Source of the DNA: Lysobacterales bacterium
GTDB lineage: Bacteria > Pseudomonadota > Gammaproteobacteria > Xanthomonadales > SZUA-5
Direction: 5' to 3'
Assembly (NCBI GenBank): GCA_022844165.1
Contig: JALHMH010000026.1
Coordinates: forward strand, 1-64,000
DNA: 64,000 nucleotides
In this document: piece after piece, positions 60,101 through 64,000 of the stretch
Layout: every line of letters starts with the position of its first letter
How positions within the stretch are numbered: position 1 is the stretch's first letter
Notes under the pieces: generated by a model
The model's input: the letters and a program-made list of their open reading frames with translations, nothing else
Database searches by the model: none
What the model was told of the DNA's origin: nothing
Made by a program: the position numbers and the translations under genes

Positions 60101-63100
60101 TGGAGGTCATTGCCGGGCGCACCTTATACGATTTCGAAGGCAATACGATCTGGCATCGCGGCGATATCAATCCCGAGAACTTCGTGATTGGACCCAGCCC
60201 ACCACAGGCGCAATCAGGCTATGTAGCTGTGGGTAACTTCGATACCGATAATTTCGCCGAAATCGTGCTCGCTTCGGGCAACGAGCTGTGGCTGCTCGAG
60301 CATACCGGCGCGACCATCTGGGGGCCGCGACTTGCTCCGGATGGCGCCTTCCTGGGTCAGCCGGTGATTGCCGATATCGACGATGACGGCCTGCCGGAGA
60401 TCGTCGTCGGCAGTCGCGAACAATTGACGGTCTTCGAATCCGATGGCACGGTCAAATCGACCAGCGAAGTGGAAGACGGTTTCGGTGCGCTCGGCTCAAC
60501 TTTGTTTGATCTCCAGAACGATGGTTTGTACGAGTTGATCGGCAGCGATGAAACGCAAATGCAGATCTTCGATGCGCTGGGTGGTACCCGCCTTTACTTC
60601 ACGCTCAACTCGTCGCAGACCATCAGCGAGTTTCCCATCGTAGTCGATGTCGATGGCGATCAAGAAGCCGAGATCATCATCGGTGGCGATCACTACCGCT
60701 CCTTAGGCGCGGCCACACCCGGCGTGCGCGTTTTCGAAGCCGCGGGCGGCGCATGGGCCGATGCCGGCTCCGTGTGGAGTTCGCATGCATTCCATATCGA
60801 TAACGTCCGCGAAGACGGCACCATTCCCTTATTGGAAACGCCGTCCTGGCTGACGCACAACACCTACCGCGTGCAACGCAGCCCGTTGCCCGATCCACTC
60901 GGCATGCCGGACTTCAGCGTCGGCGATTTGCGGCTCATCGATCAGGGCCCAGGGTTGCCGCCGATCGTGCGCGTGCGCGTGGGCAACGCCGGCCCGGTTG
61001 ATGCGCATTCGCCTGCGGCACTCACGCTGTATCGCGGCGACCCGGCTGCCGGCGGTGCCGTGCTGCGCGAAATCCGGCTCGACACGCTGCGGCCGGCGCG
61101 CTTTCAGATCATCGACTTTGGATCGATTCCGCTCAGCGGCAGTGGCCAGCTGTTTGCGGTTGTCGATCCAGACGATGCCGCGCGCGAATGCCGCGAGGGC
61201 AACAATCAACGCACGATCGCATTCAGTGCAACCAATGGCCTGGGCGATCTTCAGATCAGCACCGACAAGCTCAACTATCGCCCCGGCGAAACGGTGCAAG
61301 TCAGCGCCGCTGTGCAAAACCAGGGTGGATTGCCAGCGAACTTCAGCGTTGCCTGGCTGATTCGCGACAGCCAGAACCGCACTACCGCAACATTGACCGA
61401 TGAGGTCTTCGCCGACGTGCCGGCCGGTGAAATACGTTCGCGTACGCAGGCCTGGCCGAGCACCGGGACCTTGGCCGGATCGTATGTGGTGTTTGCGCAG
61501 TTGCGCAATGCGGAGGGCATCGTGATCGACAGCGCCACCGTGAGCTTTGCGATCAGCGGCGACGCCAACGGCCCTGCCGGCGGCATCTCTGTTCGAGCCT
61601 CACGGGCCGAATACGGTGCTGCGGAGGTGCCGCAACTCTTGTACCGTGCGCAGAATTTGTCGGCGGGCGAAATCATTCGCGCACCGGAAATCCAGATCAC
61701 GATTGCCGGACCTGGCGGCTTTAACCAGGAGCGCACATTCACGCCGAGCGATTTGTTCCCCGGCATGGCGGTCGATGGCGAACTGAGCGTGGATGGCGCC
61801 ACTGCCAGCGGCGTTTACAACGTGACAGCACGGCTGCGCTCGCGGCTCACCAATGTGGTCTACGCCACCGATTTTACGAGTTTCGGCAAGAATGTGACGC
61901 CAACCCAGTTGATCGAGGGTTTCGTGAACGTCGCCCGCGCCAGTCTGCCATTGGGCGAAACACAAACCTGTTTGTTTACCGCGCGCAATCGCGGCAGCTC
62001 AGCGCTGCTCGGCGCAAACCTGCGCCGCCGCGTGGTCGAGATCGACAGCGGTGTCGAGAAGTTGAGTGTGCCCTTTGCGGTCGATTTGGCCCCAGGTACT
62101 GACTTTGTCACCAGCCAGGCATTCGCCACGCTCGGTTTTACTGCGCTCGAACACGCCTGTTTACTGGAAATCGGTGAGGGCACCGCCTGGCGCGTGCTCG
62201 ATGCCGAACCGTTCGCGATCGAAGGGCTGCCGATGCCAGGCGTGATCGTGAACCCAACGCAAGGGTTGACGACCAGCGAGACTGGCAGCAGCGCAAACTT
62301 CACGGTGCGACTGGCGACAGCGCCGAGTGCCGACGTCACGGTGCCGCTGACCAATACCGACACCACAGAATTCAGCATCGCGCCGACGCAACTGCTATTC
62401 ACAAGTGCCAATTGGAACATCGAACGCACCGTCACCATCACCGGCGTCGACGACGATCTGGTTGATGGCGATCAACTGGGGACCATCCGTGTCGAACCGG
62501 CGCAGAGCAGCGATGCGAGCTACAACGGTCTGGATGGTCCGGACGTTGCGGTCACCAATCTCGACAACGACACCTTCGCAATCCGTGTCAGCCCGGGCGC
62601 GATCGATGTGTCCGAGGATGGCTCCACGGCTACGGTGAGTTTCAGCGCGAATGCAGCACCCACCAGCATCGTGAGCGTGCCCGTCAGCAGCAGCGATCCA
62701 ACGGAATTTTCGATCAGTGCAAGTAGCATCCGCATCACGCCGGAGAACTGGCAAACGCCGCAGTCGCTGGTGGTCACCGGCGTCGACGACGAGTTGCTCG
62801 ACGGCCTGCAAACCGGCGCGATCGTCACCGCGCCTGCGGAGTCCAGCGACGCTCGGTTCAACGGCATCGACCCCATCGACGTGGTCGCGCGCAATGCCGA
62901 CAACGAGAGCCCGGCCATCATCGTCACACCGCAGAGCGTGGTCACCTCCGAACGCGGAGCGCCGCAGAGTTTCGTGGTGCGATTGAACGCCGAGCCGACG
63001 GCGCCAGTGCGCATTCCGCTCGGCGCCGTGGACGCAAGCGAGTGGCAGGTGTTGGATTTGGCGATCGTACTCGACGCGAGCAATTGGCAGCAGGGGCGCA

Positions 63101-64000
63101 GCGTCATCGTCAGTCCGGTGGACGATACGCAAATCGACGGCGACCAGACGGGCACCTTGGTGTTGCAGAGCGCCACCAGCAGCGATACGCGTTTCAGTGG
63201 TGTCGATCCGAGCGATGTGGCGTTAACCAATCTCGACGACGACGGCCCGCAAATCCTGGTCGAACCCACGAACTTGATTGTCAGCGAGACCGGCACCAGC
63301 GCCAATTTCACGGTTCGCCTGACGGTTGCGCCAACGGCCCCGGTGCAAGTCACTCTGAGCAGCAGCGACGCCACGGAGTTCGCTGTGACGCCAGTGGAGT
63401 TGACCTTCACGCCGGGCAACTTCGGCGCCCAAACCGTGACGGTCACCGGCATCGACGACAGCGAGGTCGACGGCAATATCGTCGGCCAGGTCGTCACAGA
63501 TGCGGCGGTGAGCAGCGATTCGCGCTACCACGGCATCAACCCACCGAATGTGGTCGTGACCAATCTCGACGACGAAACGGCGCAGGTATTGGTCAGCCCG
63601 CCTGGCAGCATCGAGACCAGCGAAGATGGCAGTAGCGCAATCATCAGCGTGCAGTTGAGCACGCCACCGAACGCACCGGTGCGTATTGCCATGGGCAATG
63701 ACGATGCCGGCGAATGGTCGCTGGATCGAACGGAATTGGTGTTCCCTGCCGGTATCGCCGCCAGCCAGACGTTGACCGTTACCGGCGTCAACGACTTCGA
63801 TATCGACGGCGATATCCTCGGTGTGATTCGCCTCGCGCCCGCCGTCAGCGACGACGTGCGGTATCGCGGCATCGATCCGCCCGACGTGCCGGCGATCAAT
63901 CGCGATAACGACGCACCTGCCGCGATTCTGGTTTCGCCAGACGGCGTGTTAGAGACAACCGAATCCGGCAGTAGCGCCACCTTTGAAGTGCGGTTGTCCA
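57157..64000 (+). CDS. Giant secreted multidomain protein (partial, at least 2281 codons): prenyltransferase/squalene-cyclase-like repeats, carboxypeptidase-regulatory-like repeats, CARDB, FG-GAP/VCBS propeller, Calx-beta-like repeats
   Basis: Not in the ORF track (no stop in window). ATG overlaps the upstream TGA; signal MRHWSLLLILICWLAAPAQA; QQNADGGF/QQTDGGF/QRADGSF; DIDNDGIAEII-type repeats; VDAENEVIEIDNDNN; at least 5 repeats of ~112 aa with VDDxxxDG...NxDND. Confidence 0.9.
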   Translation, partial: MRHWSLLLILICWLAAPAQANVGAAIAWLDARENAAEGVHRSDDLANRVDTNAEALLTAQRLSLAAQFPLVAERAINDVGVGSYALARQARLRLDRGQSAAAQIAALLAQQNADGGFPPAPGLQSEAVTSAYAILALERAGQGGGTPVARAVGYLIASQQTDGGFLSAPGNTGSVFATADVAMAFAQIRDRFNLTVPVTRSIAFLLGRQRPDQSFGAAFESGLAIDALLALRADRTPLLGAVQALTARQRADGSFDGDAFVTAIVARALWQYGQPDVPPSSAGLSGRVLAAATDLPIQGATLALTGTANVNLTSNNQGRLQSTTLSPGPYQARLSFPGMRDVLFALTIQPSRVLDLGDLRMTQGTTPQDDFAIIRGTVTSSESGAPIAAAQLRILAPSSSVASDADGRYQFLQVAPGDITIAVSAEGYSSQQSTLNVVARGLVDLSFALTPQASTINGALIRGTVLHGQTSAPLAGVEIAVTAGAPPVATLTGADGSYSLATAAGALVSIRATKAEFDTVTAQTPLIDNQQLVFSPRLYPTGTTPADGNTARISGRIVNQGNRRPIRNASISATYPGGQRIVVSESNGSFVLSGVNGPTVQLAITADAHEPATLLVPILPLQQRDLGNIGLKPTTVDYYLPDMRIVASTLASSDPDTFALNSQFTVEVANSGNAVVTQDFTLLAFIDANGNGVFDPASEPEVGRVRVDDDVTIGGSVEVDIAVNAQLNFRDAPVAFWVDAENEVIEIDNDNNVGSSLLGCRKTPVPVSQSAVREKWHWRGLSSNPEINSLQQAISVAQLTDDNGDGVIDEHDIPDVVFTAGERLVFEPVRMALVALNGDTGSEIWSRTDFRFSNSSATAIGDIDNDGIAEIIAITDYRNEILAFEHDGTLKWRRLIGGPAVPDPRPLSPRFTADAPIIVNLDGDQEAEIILGRKAFRGLTGELLWEGQHDAGGDGGLPTGLPLQVAFGVASIAADVNLDGVMEVIAGRTLYDFEGNTIWHRGDINPENFVIGPSPPQAQSGYVAVGNFDTDNFAEIVLASGNELWLLEHTGATIWGPRLAPDGAFLGQPVIADIDDDGLPEIVVGSREQLTVFESDGTVKSTSEVEDGFGALGSTLFDLQNDGLYELIGSDETQMQIFDALGGTRLYFTLNSSQTISEFPIVVDVDGDQEAEIIIGGDHYRSLGAATPGVRVFEAAGGAWADAGSVWSSHAFHIDNVREDGTIPLLETPSWLTHNTYRVQRSPLPDPLGMPDFSVGDLRLIDQGPGLPPIVRVRVGNAGPVDAHSPAALTLYRGDPAAGGAVLREIRLDTLRPARFQIIDFGSIPLSGSGQLFAVVDPDDAARECREGNNQRTIAFSATNGLGDLQISTDKLNYRPGETVQVSAAVQNQGGLPANFSVAWLIRDSQNRTTATLTDEVFADVPAGEIRSRTQAWPSTGTLAGSYVVFAQLRNAEGIVIDSATVSFAISGDANGPAGGISVRASRAEYGAAEVPQLLYRAQNLSAGEIIRAPEIQITIAGPGGFNQERTFTPSDLFPGMAVDGELSVDGATASGVYNVTARLRSRLTNVVYATDFTSFGKNVTPTQLIEGFVNVARASLPLGETQTCLFTARNRGSSALLGANLRRRVVEIDSGVEKLSVPFAVDLAPGTDFVTSQAFATLGFTALEHACLLEIGEGTAWRVLDAEPFAIEGLPMPGVIVNPTQGLTTSETGSSANFTVRLATAPSADVTVPLTNTDTTEFSIAPTQLLFTSANWNIERTVTITGVDDDLVDGDQLGTIRVEPAQSSDASYNGLDGPDVAVTNLDNDTFAIRVSPGAIDVSEDGSTATVSFSANAAPTSIVSVPVSSSDPTEFSISASSIRITPENWQTPQSLVVTGVDDELLDGLQTGAIVTAPAESSDARFNGIDPIDVVARNADNESPAIIVTPQSVVTSERGAPQSFVVRLNAEPTAPVRIPLGAVDASEWQVLDLAIVLDASNWQQGRSVIVSPVDDTQIDGDQTGTLVLQSATSSDTRFSGVDPSDVALTNLDDDGPQILVEPTNLIVSETGTSANFTVRLTVAPTAPVQVTLSSSDATEFAVTPVELTFTPGNFGAQTVTVTGIDDSEVDGNIVGQVVTDAAVSSDSRYHGINPPNVVVTNLDDETAQVLVSPPGSIETSEDGSSAIISVQLSTPPNAPVRIAMGNDDAGEWSLDRTELVFPAGIAASQTLTVTGVNDFDIDGDILGVIRLAPAVSDDVRYRGIDPPDVPAINRDNDAPAAILVSPDGVLETTESGSSATFEVRLS

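Noticed and set aside
57172-63980. Many short ORFs listed in the track across 57-64 kb
   Set aside because: They are alternative-frame or antisense shadows of one continuous + strand ORF starting at 57157.

Overview
This is a GC-rich gammaproteobacterial chromosome segment; gene content and style point to Xanthomonadales/Lysobacterales, which is an inference. The left edge (1-3.9 kb) is the start of a probable defence locus: an SNF2-type helicase translationally coupled to an AlbA_2/Schlafen-HATPase protein that runs off the window. The middle is mostly housekeeping: pxpBC, rpoZ-spoT, a lipocalin, an AEC transporter, recCBD, an ECF sigma/anti-sigma/PDZ operon, a MATE pump, an SDR, pilS, an M1 aminopeptidase, bioD, a YdcH-family gene, pyrE and ppc. 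Embedded in it is an unusual cluster of PspA-family protein, membrane-anchored solute-binding/OmpA fusion, thymidylate kinase and an uncharacterised membrane protein, with no ABC permease or ATPase. Two inverted copies of a 154-bp multi-hairpin MITE-like element (about 82% identical) lie at 19.5 and 33.4 kb; the second is in frame with bioD. The right 17.5 kb is a translationally coupled operon of three giant Sec-exported repeat proteins. The third (57157 to beyond the window end, at least 2281 codons) is missing from the supplied ORF track. One operon protein ends in a DxxFxxGFE-type C-terminal motif, and a variant of it ends the ThuA protein. I found no tRNA, rRNA, CRISPR array, integrase or transposase.
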